DNA from: an uncultured Gammaproteobacteria bacterium
Lineage (GTDB): Bacteria; Patescibacteriota; Patescibacteriia; Patescibacteriales; UBA12465
DNA length: 64,000 bases
Assembly: GCA_964466835.1 (NCBI GenBank)
Contig: CAYXNV010000002.1
Span: 3,779-67,778 of the forward strand
Direction: 5' to 3'
Part shown: positions 8,620-18,665 of the stretch, piece by piece
How the letters are laid out: each line of letters starts with the position of its first letter
How positions within the stretch are numbered: the first letter of the stretch is position 1
Position numbers and translations under genes: made by a program
Notes under the pieces: generated by a model
What the model was told of the DNA's origin: nothing
The model's database searches: none
What the model saw: only the letters and a program-made list of their open reading frames with translations

Positions 8620-10644
8620 ATGAAGAGAATAATAACATCTTTTTTTATACTCTGTTTGTTTCTGGCTCAACCAGTTTTAGCTAATTTTAAGCCCAATGAT
8701 ATTTATTATAAAAATCAATGGTATTTAGCTAAAATTAAAGCAGATAGTGCTTGGAGCAAAATTTCAAAAAGTCCGGATATTGTTATCGCCGTGATTGATT
8801 CTGGTATCCAAATTAATCATCCTGATCTGAAAAATAATATTTGGATTAATCGAGGAGAAATAAGAGATAATAAAATTGATGATGACAATAATGGTTTCAT
8901 TGATGATTTTAATGGTTGGAATTTTGTTAGTAATATTCCAGATCCTTCACCTGAGTTTATTGATGACTGGACCGAGGCAGGTATTTCTCATGGCACTATG
9001 GTAGCTGGGGTAATTGCTGCTCAAGGGAATAATAGGCGAGGGGTAGCTGGAGTTACCTGGCAAGCTAATTTAATGCCATTAAAAGTTCTTAATGATCGTG
9101 GTGACGGGAAAATTAGTAATGTGGTTAGAGCAATTGATTATGCTGTTAATAATGGAGCTGATATTATTAATTTAAGTTTCGTTAGTTTCACCCATAGTGA
9201 AGCCATGCAAGAAGCAATTCGTCGTGCCAATCAGTCAGGAGTAATTGTAGTTGCTGCTGCTGGCAATGAAAAATCAGGCGGAGAAGGCTATGATATTGAT
9301 AAGACAGCAATCTATCCCGCTTGCTACGACGGGCAATTAATTGGTGAAAACATGGTAATTGGGGTAGCAGCTACTGATGCTCTAGATCAAAAAACTAATT
9401 TTTCTAGTTATGGTTTTCGTTATGTTGATATTACTGCCCCGGGAATTAGTTTTTTTAATACTATTACCACTGGTAGTGATAAATATGATTCAGATAAAAG
9501 TTATGATGGTTATTGGTCAGGTACTTCTATGGCTACTCCCTTAGTTACTGGCACTATAGCTTTAATTGAGCAAGCTAATCCAGCTTTGAGTCGCCAAGAA
9601 GTTATTAATATTTTATTTGCCAGTTCTGACAACATTAGTCGTTTGAATCCTAGTTATTTAGGAAAATTAGGTAATGGTCGAGTTAATACTGATCGAGCAA
9701 TTTCCATGGCCAAAGAACGTCTCTATAGCCAAGTTGGTCGCATATTGGTTGTTCCTGGCGATAGTAAAACTATTCGACTAACAGCTACTAACGGTGATTT
9801 AGTAAAAGAAATTGCTTTACCAGATAATTTTGAAAATTTTAATTTAGCTAGTGGTGATGTTACTGGCGATAATCAAGAAGAGATTATTATTGGCTTAGGC
9901 AAAGGGAATAAGCCAGAAGTTAATATTTTTGATATTAATGGAAAATTATTAAAAAGCTTCTTGGCCTATGACGAAAGTTTTCGCGGAGGAATTAATGTTG
10001 CCTTGATAGATTTAGATAATGATAATCGTTCGGAAATAATAGTAGCCCCAGCTTCTGGCCGTGGTTCAGAAATTCGTATTTTTGATTATAATGGGCGACT
10101 TAAAAAACGATTTTGGGCTGATAGTCGCAACTTTTATGGCGGTCTTAGCTTGTCGGTTGGTGATATAGACGGTAAGGGCAGACAGCAAATTGTAGTTGGT
10201 TTTGGCCCTGGTAATGAACCTCAGGTCAGGATTTTTAACAGAGACGGTAAATTAATCGGAGTTTTCTTGGCCTATGAGAAAAAGTTTCGGGGTGGTGTTA
10301 ATGTTGTTGTCGGAAATATTGATGGTCGCAAAGATCATAGTAAATCAGAAATAGTGGTCTCACCTGGCAAAGGGCGCCTTCCTTTAGTTAAGATTTTTGA
10401 TAATCACGCTAAATTAAAAAGACAATTTTTTTCCTATACTAAAAATTGGCAAGGAGGAGTTAATTTAGCGGTTGATGATTTAAATAATGATGGTATTGCT
10501 GAGATTGCTGTTGGTGCCTATGCTGGAGCAGCTCCTCATGTTCGTGTCTTTTCTGGCAAAGGAATTTTAATGGAATCATTCTATGCTTTAGCTGAAAGCT
10601 TTTCCAAAGGTGTTAATATTGATATAATAAAGGTAAATAATTAA
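8620..10644 (+). CDS. Secreted subtilisin-like serine protease (S8) fused to a C-terminal FG-GAP/beta-propeller repeat domain
   Basis: Signal peptide; catalytic triad blocks VIAVIDSG, HGTMVAG and GTSMATPLV; at least 6 tandem FG-GAP-like repeats (F..Y...FRGG.NV..GD.D.DG..EI.V). Confidence 0.85.
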   Translation: MKRIITSFFILCLFLAQPVLANFKPNDIYYKNQWYLAKIKADSAWSKISKSPDIVIAVIDSGIQINHPDLKNNIWINRGEIRDNKIDDDNNGFIDDFNGWNFVSNIPDPSPEFIDDWTEAGISHGTMVAGVIAAQGNNRRGVAGVTWQANLMPLKVLNDRGDGKISNVVRAIDYAVNNGADIINLSFVSFTHSEAMQEAIRRANQSGVIVVAAAGNEKSGGEGYDIDKTAIYPACYDGQLIGENMVIGVAATDALDQKTNFSSYGFRYVDITAPGISFFNTITTGSDKYDSDKSYDGYWSGTSMATPLVTGTIALIEQANPALSRQEVINILFASSDNISRLNPSYLGKLGNGRVNTDRAISMAKERLYSQVGRILVVPGDSKTIRLTATNGDLVKEIALPDNFENFNLASGDVTGDNQEEIIIGLGKGNKPEVNIFDINGKLLKSFLAYDESFRGGINVALIDLDNDNRSEIIVAPASGRGSEIRIFDYNGRLKKRFWADSRNFYGGLSLSVGDIDGKGRQQIVVGFGPGNEPQVRIFNRDGKLIGVFLAYEKKFRGGVNVVVGNIDGRKDHSKSEIVVSPGKGRLPLVKIFDNHAKLKRQFFSYTKNWQGGVNLAVDDLNNDGIAEIAVGAYAGAAPHVRVFSGKGILMESFYALAESFSKGVNIDIIKVNN

Positions 10645-10648
10645 ACAT

Positions 10649-11671
10649 ATGGCTAAACAAGTTATTTTTGATAAAAAAAATGTTCTAGTAGCTGGGGGAG
10701 CTGGTTTTATTGGTTCACATTTATGCGATGAACTTATTAAAACTTGCAAAGTGATTTGTGTAGATAATTTTGTTTCTGGTAGTGAGCGCAACATTGACCA
10801 TCTTTTAGCTAACCCTGATTTTACTTTTATTAATCACGATCTATCTCAACCTCTGGATTTAGAGAAAATATCAGAGTTAAAGAAATTTAAAATTGAGTTT
10901 CAGGGCTTGCAAGAAATATATAATTTAGCTTGCCCCATGTCGCCCCATAATTTTTTAGATAATCGTTTTGCAACCCTGATGGCTAATTCTTATGTGGTGA
11001 AAAATTTACTTGATCTAGCAGTTAAATATCAATCTAAATTTCTTCAATTTTCTTCATCAGTTATCTATGGCCCCCGTCGTGAAGATCAACCTGATCTAAA
11101 GATTAAAGAAAGTGATGTGGGATCAGTTGATCATCTGTCTGAAAGAAGCGCCTATGATGAAGGGAAACGATTTGCAGAAACCTTAGTTAGTAGCTATCGC
11201 TCTCTTTATCAAATTGATGCTAAAATAATTCGTCTTTTCCGAGTCTATGGCCCCCGAATGGAGTTTGATGATGATCATATGATTCCTGATTTCATTAATA
11301 ATGCTTTAGACAACAAAGATATTGTGATTTTTGGCAATGAAACTTTTTCTTCCTCTTTTTGCTATATTGATGATGTGATTGATGCTGTTGCTAAATTTAT
11401 GAAAACTGAAATTTCTGGACCAATTAATATTGGCTCTGATGTTAATATTAATTTTACTGATTTAGCTAATTTAATTATTAAAGAAACTGATTCAAAATCA
11501 AAAATCACTTATTCTGATAATAAACTATTCCTATCAGAATTAATTTTGCCTGATATACATAAAGCTAAGAATGAATTGGGCTGGATGCCGGTGGTAACCT
11601 TAGAAAATGGCTTAAAGAAAACTATCTTTGATATTCAAGCTAATAAAAAACTACATAAGTTTGGAGCTTAA
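10649..11671 (+). CDS. NAD-dependent epimerase/dehydratase (UDP-glucuronate decarboxylase/UXS-like)
   Basis: GGAGFIGSHL Rossmann motif and YDEGK catalytic motif; extended SDR fold. Confidence 0.75.
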   Translation: MAKQVIFDKKNVLVAGGAGFIGSHLCDELIKTCKVICVDNFVSGSERNIDHLLANPDFTFINHDLSQPLDLEKISELKKFKIEFQGLQEIYNLACPMSPHNFLDNRFATLMANSYVVKNLLDLAVKYQSKFLQFSSSVIYGPRREDQPDLKIKESDVGSVDHLSERSAYDEGKRFAETLVSSYRSLYQIDAKIIRLFRVYGPRMEFDDDHMIPDFINNALDNKDIVIFGNETFSSSFCYIDDVIDAVAKFMKTEISGPINIGSDVNINFTDLANLIIKETDSKSKITYSDNKLFLSELILPDIHKAKNELGWMPVVTLENGLKKTIFDIQANKKLHKFGA

Positions 11672-11696
11672 ATAATATATATAATGTCAATAAAAA

Positions 11697-11722
11697 ATCA
11701 GCCCTAGGGCTGATTTTTGTTT
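11697..11722. terminator. Bidirectional intrinsic terminator
   Basis: Perfect palindrome atcagccctagggctgat flanked by an A-tract and a T-tract, between convergent genes. Confidence 0.7.
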
Positions 11723-11735
11723 TGTCTTATATCTA

Positions 11736-12782
11736 TTAAATTTCTTTCATTTTGTTTATTAAATCTTCTTCGTTATTAGGTTCAAATAATTTGTCGTTTT
11801 CTCCTATGATCTCTGGAATACCACCAATATCAGCCGCTATCACTGGCAGATTATATGATTGAGCACCATATATGATGGTGGGAGAATTTTCATAGCATAG
11901 GGAGGGAACGATCAAACAATAACTTTGTTGCATTATTTTTTCTATTTCTTCATATTTTCGTCTCCCCATAAATTCTATATTAGTATCATTAGCCTCTTTT
12001 TTGGCTCGTTCTAATTCTTTTCCATCACCAATAATAATTAATTTAACATTTGGATCAGTTAATTTTTTGAAAGCATTAATTAAAAGAAAAATCCCTTTAT
12101 GTTTTTCTATTTGGCCGACAAAAAGGAAGGTTTTTTTAGGGAATTTATTTAGACTTTTTTGATTACTAGACTTTATTGGCCAATTAAATGGTCTAATCTC
12201 TTTAATGGAGTCAGGAAAAAAATTTCGTTTCCTGTGTTCAGTTAATAACCAATTAGAAGGTGATATGACTTTATTAACCGAAGAAAATGATTTACGGTTT
12301 AGGGTTTGATATATTTTACTAGGAATAGAGTTTATTACTTTTTCTTTTCCATGGAACATTAAACCTGAAGGATGAAGTAATTGAATATCATGAAGAAAAT
12401 GATGATGCTCTATTCCCAATTTCTTTATTATTTTGGGAATTCTAAAGCCGAGCCCTAAAAGATTGTGAGTGATGATTAAATTGGGTTTTTCTGCTATCAG
12501 TATCTTCTTTATTTTTTTACTCCTTTTCCAATTTAAAATATTAGCAATGTGCCAGCCAAAACGAAAGAATGTATTAATTTTATTTAGATTATAATAACTT
12601 GAATTTAAATAATATGTTTTTAAATCAGTTTTGGTTGGGGTCTCCGCTTTTTTAGGTTTGGTGGTAATTAAAAAGACTTCCTGATTTTCTTTTCTAAAAT
12701 CATTAATCATCATCTCAACCACGGTTTCTGCTCCACCACGACTAAAAGGTTTGTATAGATTGTTTAACAAACAGATTTTCAT
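11736..12782 (-). CDS. Glycosyltransferase family 4
   Basis: GT-B fold with a C-terminal E..IIYGAQSYNLPVIAADIGG motif. Confidence 0.7.
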   Translation of the reverse strand: MKICLLNNLYKPFSRGGAETVVEMMINDFRKENQEVFLITTKPKKAETPTKTDLKTYYLNSSYYNLNKINTFFRFGWHIANILNWKRSKKIKKILIAEKPNLIITHNLLGLGFRIPKIIKKLGIEHHHFLHDIQLLHPSGLMFHGKEKVINSIPSKIYQTLNRKSFSSVNKVISPSNWLLTEHRKRNFFPDSIKEIRPFNWPIKSSNQKSLNKFPKKTFLFVGQIEKHKGIFLLINAFKKLTDPNVKLIIIGDGKELERAKKEANDTNIEFMGRRKYEEIEKIMQQSYCLIVPSLCYENSPTIIYGAQSYNLPVIAADIGGIPEIIGENDKLFEPNNEEDLINKMKEI

Positions 12783-12783
12783 G

Positions 12784-13911
12784 TTAATTGAAAATTTCTT
12801 CTAATTTACTCTTCATCATCTCAAGACTATATTTTTTTTCAGTTAATTTTCGAGCGGCTAAAGACATTTCTCGTCTTAGTTCCTCATTATTAATAATAAA
12901 TTCTAACTTTTGTTTTAAATCATCAATGCTGCCAGGCTCAATTAATAGTCCTTGCTGATAGTTGGCGAAAACACTTCTGACGCCTGGTAGGTCGGAAGCA
13001 ATTACTGGCACACCACAAGCCATGGCTTCAATTAAAACTAAACCAAAGGCTTCGTTGCGGTTAATTGAGGGCAGAATTAATAAGTCAGAGTTTTGCATTG
13101 TACGAACTAAATTTTCATCAGATGCTTTGCCCACAAATTTAACTTGTTTATCTATTTTTAATTTTTTAGCTTTTTCTTGATAGTTTTTTTTCAAATCACC
13201 ATCACCAACAATCGTCAGTTGCCAATTACGGGAGGGCAGAATAACTAAAGCCTGTAATAGAACTTCTATTCCTTTAAAATAATGAGCTTTATCTAGAGCA
13301 CCAACAAAGAGAAGATCTAAACGACTTTTTTTAATAAATATATCATTAACGTGGTGAATAATATCTTTAGCTTTGGCAATTATTTTATTCTTAGTTGGTT
13401 TATTGATTAATTTAGGTTGATATTTTATCAAATCAATGCCAAAAGGTATTTCTTTAAATTTTTTAGGATTATTTTGATAGAATTTTTTAATTTGACTATT
13501 TTTAACATAGTCTAAACTAGCACTGACAATTAATTCTGCTTTTTTCAACAGGGAACGACGGATTGATAAGCTGGGAATGCTAAGAAGTTTGTTGAATAAA
13601 GATGAATTCTTTACATCCATGTGATAGTGAATAATTATTTTCTTTTTAGGACAGAATAAACCAAAAAGCCAAACTACTTCAGCCGCTCCAAAAAAAGGAT
13701 AGTGAAGATAAATATAATCAAATTTTCTCAACTTCCATAATAATTGAGGCAAAAAAGCGCCGTGGCCATATTTTAGCCACGGTTTTAGAGTGGTCGGAGT
13801 GAAACTCACCACCTCATGTTTATCTTTTAATAGTTGTTCAATTTGGTAAGCACTATTACCAATTCCACCACTATAGGGAGGCCAAGCGCAAACAACTTGA
13901 GCAATTCGCAT
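12784..13911 (-). CDS. Glycosyltransferase family 4
   Basis: GT-B fold with AFGLVLIEAMACGVPVIASDLPG motif. Confidence 0.7.
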   Translation of the reverse strand: MRIAQVVCAWPPYSGGIGNSAYQIEQLLKDKHEVVSFTPTTLKPWLKYGHGAFLPQLLWKLRKFDYIYLHYPFFGAAEVVWLFGLFCPKKKIIIHYHMDVKNSSLFNKLLSIPSLSIRRSLLKKAELIVSASLDYVKNSQIKKFYQNNPKKFKEIPFGIDLIKYQPKLINKPTKNKIIAKAKDIIHHVNDIFIKKSRLDLLFVGALDKAHYFKGIEVLLQALVILPSRNWQLTIVGDGDLKKNYQEKAKKLKIDKQVKFVGKASDENLVRTMQNSDLLILPSINRNEAFGLVLIEAMACGVPVIASDLPGVRSVFANYQQGLLIEPGSIDDLKQKLEFIINNEELRREMSLAARKLTEKKYSLEMMKSKLEEIFN

Positions 13912-13916
13912 ATTAA

Positions 13917-14252
13917 TTAATTATCTTTCTTGTTTTTATCTAAAGCAACTTTTCTCACTACTTCAGTCAGATTTTTATCCATTTTAGCAATATTTAAACG
14001 AAGTTTAAATATTAGGAAGAATAGAACGATAATGGCTAAATAGAGAAGGAAATTTATACCAGATCCAGAAAAACCAAAATAGCCGACTAAACGATCAATG
14101 TCACGAATAAAGATTATTGCTAGAGCACCTAAAACCCAAAAGATGAGCCAGAAAATGAATTCATTTTGATTAATTTCCTTTTTCTTTTTTTGCACTCCTA
14201 AACGCCAGACAAAGATAGCGATTAAAGCTAAAGCAATGATTTGTTGTATCAT
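13917..14252 (-). CDS. Small membrane protein (DUF2304-like; often partnered with GT2 enzymes)
   Basis: 3 TM helices; positioned directly downstream of the GT2 gene in the same operon. Confidence 0.4.
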   Translation of the reverse strand: MIQQIIALALIAIFVWRLGVQKKKKEINQNEFIFWLIFWVLGALAIIFIRDIDRLVGYFGFSGSGINFLLYLAIIVLFFLIFKLRLNIAKMDKNLTEVVRKVALDKNKKDN

Positions 14253-14253
14253 A

Positions 14254-14916
14254 TTAATTTATTATCTTTTTAATAATTAGATCTTTTAATATCCTAACAC
14301 CACCAGAGAATTTTTGTCCATATTCATGATAGACAACTGTAATGGGAATTTCTTTAATTTTTATCTTGTTTTTAAATAGTTGATAGAGGATTTCACTGCA
14401 ATGAGCCATGCCATCACTTTTTATATCTATCTTTTCAGCTGCTTTTCTACTAAGAGCGCGAAAACCACTTTGAGGATCAGTTAGTTTTATATTAAAGAAT
14501 ACTTTATTAATAGTTCGGGCTAAAGGCAGGATAATATTCTTCTTTATCTTTGGTATATCAGATTTTTTCTCTAAAAATCTTGATCCCAGAACTGCTTCAG
14601 CCTGACCAAGAAGAATAGGAGAAATTACTTCGGGAATTTCTTCAGCTTTAAATTGATTATCGCCATCAAAATGAACAATTACATCAGCTCCTTTTTTTAG
14701 AGCATAATTATTACCAGTTTGTAGAGCGGCTCCTTGACCTCTATTAATTATATGTTTTAGAACAGTAGCATCAGTCTTCTGAGTTAATTCAACCGTATTA
14801 TCCTGGGAATAATCATCAACTACTACAATTTCATCAACAAAAGGACGAACACTGTTAACGACTTGAGCGATATTTTTAGCTTCGTTGTAGGCGGGAATGA
14901 CACAAAAAACTTTCAT
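14254..14916 (-). CDS. Glycosyltransferase family 2 (polyprenyl-phosphate sugar transferase-like)
   Basis: N-terminal VIPAYNEA...VVDDYSQDNT GT-A motifs; I prefer the internal ATG (14916), which leaves a 4-nt gap to the upstream ATPase stop; the ORF track extends the start to 14952. Confidence 0.75.
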   Translation of the reverse strand: MKVFCVIPAYNEAKNIAQVVNSVRPFVDEIVVVDDYSQDNTVELTQKTDATVLKHIINRGQGAALQTGNNYALKKGADVIVHFDGDNQFKAEEIPEVISPILLGQAEAVLGSRFLEKKSDIPKIKKNIILPLARTINKVFFNIKLTDPQSGFRALSRKAAEKIDIKSDGMAHCSEILYQLFKNKIKIKEIPITVVYHEYGQKFSGGVRILKDLIIKKIIN

Positions 14917-14920
14917 AAAT

Positions 14921-15949
14921 TTAAGAGTAGTCTTTCGGATCCAATAATCCATCTTTTATTTTTTTCTTTAAATCTTCAGATATGGTTTGGAAACCATTAG
15001 CCAAAGCTAGTCGAGCTAATTTTTCCCAGAATTTTTCTTTTTTAGGATCACCCTGACTATCAGAAATAAATTTTTTCATTTTTGGACTAAGGGATAATAT
15101 TTCGAACAGACCAATTTCTTGCCGATTTGATTTTGTTTGTTTTTTAGCTCGTTTCAATCTAACTGTTCCTTGATTAATGATCAATTTAAGAGTATTAAGT
15201 TTGAGATTTAAAGGAAGTTTTAATTTCAAAATTTTAAGCAAAACCCCCCAACTACTATCAGCGGTGATAGTAGTTAGAACCAGACGGCCACTATTAGCGG
15301 CTTGAAAAAGTCTTTTAAAGTCTTCATCACTCTCAAGATCGTCTAGAGCAATTATATCAGAATCATATTGTAATATTTTTTCCCAATTTGTTTTAGTCGG
15401 TGATAATTGATTAATTCCGTCTATTTCATACTCCGGTTGTTTTTCTAGAAGATAAATACTTGACTCTGGTTGATTTAATTCTTGGAGCAGAGAATAGAGA
15501 GTGGTGCTTTTGCCACCACCAGCTGACCCACTAATAACTATTAAACCTGATTTTGTTCTTAAAGCTTCTTTTAAAGTCTTTAATTGATTTCTTTGTAGAC
15601 CTAATTGTTTAATTTTCCAAAGTCTGTTATTTTTTTTAATAATATTAATAATTACTTTTTCACCGGAATCAGTTGGTAAAATAGTTAGATAAAAGGTAAG
15701 GCAATAATTTTTATCATATATTTTACAATATTTTTGGTTAGCTAACTCATCAGAAGCAATCTTTAGAATTTGGCGAAGATTATTCATTAAATTAGTTTCT
15801 AGTTTTTTAGGTAAGCCAAAATTTTGTTGTCCACCATCAGGCATGCTATAGCTAAAAGAGATTTCTTTGAGATTATTTTCAATTACTAAACCAGCCGCGT
15901 TTTCTTTAGCAGCGTAGTGAAATAGATTATTGATTATTTTTTTGCTCAT
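14921..15949 (-). CDS. PilT/GspE-family secretion ATPase homologue with degenerate catalytic motifs
   Basis: GspE N2-like domain, Walker A GSAGGGKSTTL, Asp-box region; the Walker B GE is replaced by DDLES and both His-box histidines are lost (SGRLVLTTITADS). Confidence 0.65.
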   Translation of the reverse strand: MSKKIINNLFHYAAKENAAGLVIENNLKEISFSYSMPDGGQQNFGLPKKLETNLMNNLRQILKIASDELANQKYCKIYDKNYCLTFYLTILPTDSGEKVIINIIKKNNRLWKIKQLGLQRNQLKTLKEALRTKSGLIVISGSAGGGKSTTLYSLLQELNQPESSIYLLEKQPEYEIDGINQLSPTKTNWEKILQYDSDIIALDDLESDEDFKRLFQAANSGRLVLTTITADSSWGVLLKILKLKLPLNLKLNTLKLIINQGTVRLKRAKKQTKSNRQEIGLFEILSLSPKMKKFISDSQGDPKKEKFWEKLARLALANGFQTISEDLKKKIKDGLLDPKDYS

Positions 15950-16047
15950 AATAGTATTATTATAGCTTATTTTATATTATTTTTGAAATGTGTTAGAATA
16001 ATAAATATTAGCCCGCGAGAAACGGGGTTTTTAAAGTAGTAATTTTT

Positions 16048-16461
16048 ATGACTTATTCCAACTTTTATGCTCGTTTTTACACCGCTATTCAGAGGATAAT
16101 TAAGATTTTAAAGGTCATTTTTAGCTTTCATTATAGTGTTTATTATTTAATTATTATTGCGGTTTCGCAAGTTTTAGCTTGGCTACAAGCTATTTTCATT
16201 TTTCGCGGTTTGACTGGTGATTTTTTAGTGCTACACTATAATGTTGATTTTGGGATTGATTTTGTAGCTGAGCCAAGTCGAATTTTTAGTTGGCCCCTGT
16301 TTAGTCTAGTGGTTTTCTTTATTAATTTGATTATTCTAGCGATTTTTAATAAAAATAAAGATTTTAAACTTTTTGTCCATTTATTATTAGTTGCTTCTGT
16401 TTTAGTTGGTTTATTGTTAAATATTGTTTTACTTTCAATTTATTTAATAAATTTTAGATAA
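16048..16461 (+). CDS. Hypothetical polytopic membrane protein
   Basis: About 4 TM segments; first gene of the plus-strand cell-wall operon. Confidence 0.4.
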   Translation: MTYSNFYARFYTAIQRIIKILKVIFSFHYSVYYLIIIAVSQVLAWLQAIFIFRGLTGDFLVLHYNVDFGIDFVAEPSRIFSWPLFSLVVFFINLIILAIFNKNKDFKLFVHLLLVASVLVGLLLNIVLLSIYLINFR

Positions 16462-16463
16462 TT

Positions 16464-17513
16464 ATGACAGAATTCTATATTATTAAAATTCTTTTCTTTT
16501 CCACCCTATCTTTTGTATTGGCCATTCTTTTAGCTCCAATTTTAACCCATTATCTATATAAATATCGAATGGGTAAAAAAATTAGAAATAATGGTCAAAC
16601 CCCCGTCTTTACTAAATTACATGCTCATAAAGAGGGCACTCCAACTATGGGAGGAATTTTAATTTGGGGAACAGTTTTGATTTTAATGCTTTTATTCTCG
16701 TCATTAGCTGATCTTTTCCCTTGGGATGTTTTTAATCATTTAAATTTTTTGTCTCGATCAGAAACTCTATTGCCCCTGGGGGCATTAATTGCGACCGCTC
16801 TAATCGGCTTGGTTGACGATTGGTTAGATGTCCGTGGCCAAGGAGTGTTTGGTGGTGGTGGTTTAAAGATGAAGCATCGTTTATTGATTTATGCTTTAAT
16901 TGCCATTGTCGGTTCGCTTTGGTTTTATTTTAAATTAGATTGGACAGTTTTTCATGTGCCTTTCTTCGGCAACTTTGAAATTGGTGCCTGGTATATTCCT
17001 TTATTTATTTTTATTATTGTAGCTACTTCTTTTTCAGTTAATGAAAGTGATGGTTTAGATGGTTTAGCTGGCGGTACTTTATTATTTGCTTTTATCGCCT
17101 ATGCTGTTATTGCTTTTACTCTTGGTCGTTATGAGCTGGCTACTTTTTGCGGAGCTATTATTGGCGCTCTTTTGGCCTTTCTTTGGTTTAACATCCCGCC
17201 CGCCCGTTTCTATATGGGTGATACCGGTTCAATGAGTTTAGGGGTGACTTTGGGCATAATTGCCATGTTAACTAATAATGCTTTATTGTTAATATTTATT
17301 GGTCTAATCTTTTTAATTGAATCTCTATCAGTTATTGTTCAGCTTATATCTAAAAAAATTCGCGGTAAAAAGATATTTGTGTCTTCGCCAATTCATCATC
17401 ATTTCCAAGCGATTGGTTGGCCAGAGGCAAAGGTGGTAATGCGATTTTGGGTTATCTCTGCCATTGGCGCCGCTGTTGGTTTAATGATTTTTTTATTAGA
17501 TAAAAGTTTTTAA
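16464..17513 (+). CDS. mraY: Phospho-N-acetylmuramoyl-pentapeptide transferase
   Basis: MraY motifs GTPTMGG, DDWLDV, NESDGLDGLAGG and FYMGDTGS. Confidence 0.9.
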   Translation: MTEFYIIKILFFSTLSFVLAILLAPILTHYLYKYRMGKKIRNNGQTPVFTKLHAHKEGTPTMGGILIWGTVLILMLLFSSLADLFPWDVFNHLNFLSRSETLLPLGALIATALIGLVDDWLDVRGQGVFGGGGLKMKHRLLIYALIAIVGSLWFYFKLDWTVFHVPFFGNFEIGAWYIPLFIFIIVATSFSVNESDGLDGLAGGTLLFAFIAYAVIAFTLGRYELATFCGAIIGALLAFLWFNIPPARFYMGDTGSMSLGVTLGIIAMLTNNALLLIFIGLIFLIESLSVIVQLISKKIRGKKIFVSSPIHHHFQAIGWPEAKVVMRFWVISAIGAAVGLMIFLLDKSF

Positions 17514-17516
17514 TTT

Positions 17517-18662
17517 ATGGTTAATCGCTTGGCTAAAAAATTATTTTCTCCACGCCGAGGTGAACATGAGCCTGACAAAAGTTTAATTATGGCCATGTTT
17601 TTTTTAATAGTTTTTGGTTTAGTAATGCTTTTTAGTGCTTCATCAGTAGTTTCCTATGCTCGTTTTGGTAATACCTATCATTATTTTACCCATCAATTAA
17701 TTGGTTTGGGAATTGGTTTAGTAGCTTTTTTTGTTGTTTCTCGTATTAATTATCATCTTTGGAAAAGATTTGCTCTTTTACTTTTATTCCTTTCTATCAT
17801 TCTTCTTCTGTTGGTTTTTATTCCCGGGATTAGGGCGGAACATGGAGCGGCTCGAAGTTGGATTACTTTGTTTGGTTATTCTTTTCAACCCTCAGAGTTG
17901 GTTAAATTATCATTCCTTATTTATTTGGCTACTTGGTTAGAGGCGAAAAAGCATGCTCTTAGCAGTCTATCTAGTGGGGTGATTCCTTTTTTAATTATTT
18001 TAGGGATAATTAGTGGTTTAATGATTGCTCAGCCTGATATGGGGACTCTATTTATTATCGCCTTTACTGCTTTAATTGTTTTTTTCACTGGCGGGGGAAA
18101 AGTTACTCATATTTTTCTAACTTTATGTCTGGCCGCCTTATTATTGTTTATAGTTCTCAGTACTCGGTCGTCGTATCAAAGTGATCGTTTTAAATGTTTG
18201 AAAGATCCAACTTATAGTACTCAAGATAAGTGCTATCAAATCAATCAATCTTTAATTGCAGTTGGTTCTGGCGGTTGGTTTGGTCGCGGTTTAGGGCAAA
18301 GTCGGCAAAAATTTATGTATTTGCCAGAGGTTTGGGGTGATTCTATTTTTCCAATCATTGCCGAAGAAATTGGTTTTATTTTTAGTACCTTTTTAATTCT
18401 TTTATATTTATTTATATTCTATCGCGGTCTAGCAATTGCTCGAGCCGCTCCTGATTTATATGGCAGTGCTTTGGCGACTGGTATTGTTGTTTGGCTGGCG
18501 ATTCAAACTTTTCTCAATATTGGTGGTATGATTAATCTCATACCAATGACTGGTGTCCCTTTGCCTTTTATTTCTCATGGTGGCTCAGCCATCCTATCAG
18601 CCTTGATTGCTATGGGAATATTAGTTAATATCAGTAAGCAAACAACAACTCGTTGGCATTAG
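17517..18662 (+). CDS. ftsW: SEDS-family peptidoglycan glycosyltransferase (FtsW/RodA)
   Basis: 10-TM SEDS fold; conserved PEVWGDSIF/IAEEIGF block; located between mraY and murG. Confidence 0.85.
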   Translation: MVNRLAKKLFSPRRGEHEPDKSLIMAMFFLIVFGLVMLFSASSVVSYARFGNTYHYFTHQLIGLGIGLVAFFVVSRINYHLWKRFALLLLFLSIILLLLVFIPGIRAEHGAARSWITLFGYSFQPSELVKLSFLIYLATWLEAKKHALSSLSSGVIPFLIILGIISGLMIAQPDMGTLFIIAFTALIVFFTGGGKVTHIFLTLCLAALLLFIVLSTRSSYQSDRFKCLKDPTYSTQDKCYQINQSLIAVGSGGWFGRGLGQSRQKFMYLPEVWGDSIFPIIAEEIGFIFSTFLILLYLFIFYRGLAIARAAPDLYGSALATGIVVWLAIQTFLNIGGMINLIPMTGVPLPFISHGGSAILSALIAMGILVNISKQTTTRWH

Positions 18663-18665
18663 TAT

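Noticed and set aside
15950-16047. Small GC hairpin (cccg-cgagaaa-cggg plus TTTTT) in the divergent promoter region between the glycan and cell-wall operons
   Set aside because: The stem is only 4 bp, and the region is better explained as two back-to-back AT-rich promoters. It is not convincing as an sRNA or terminator.
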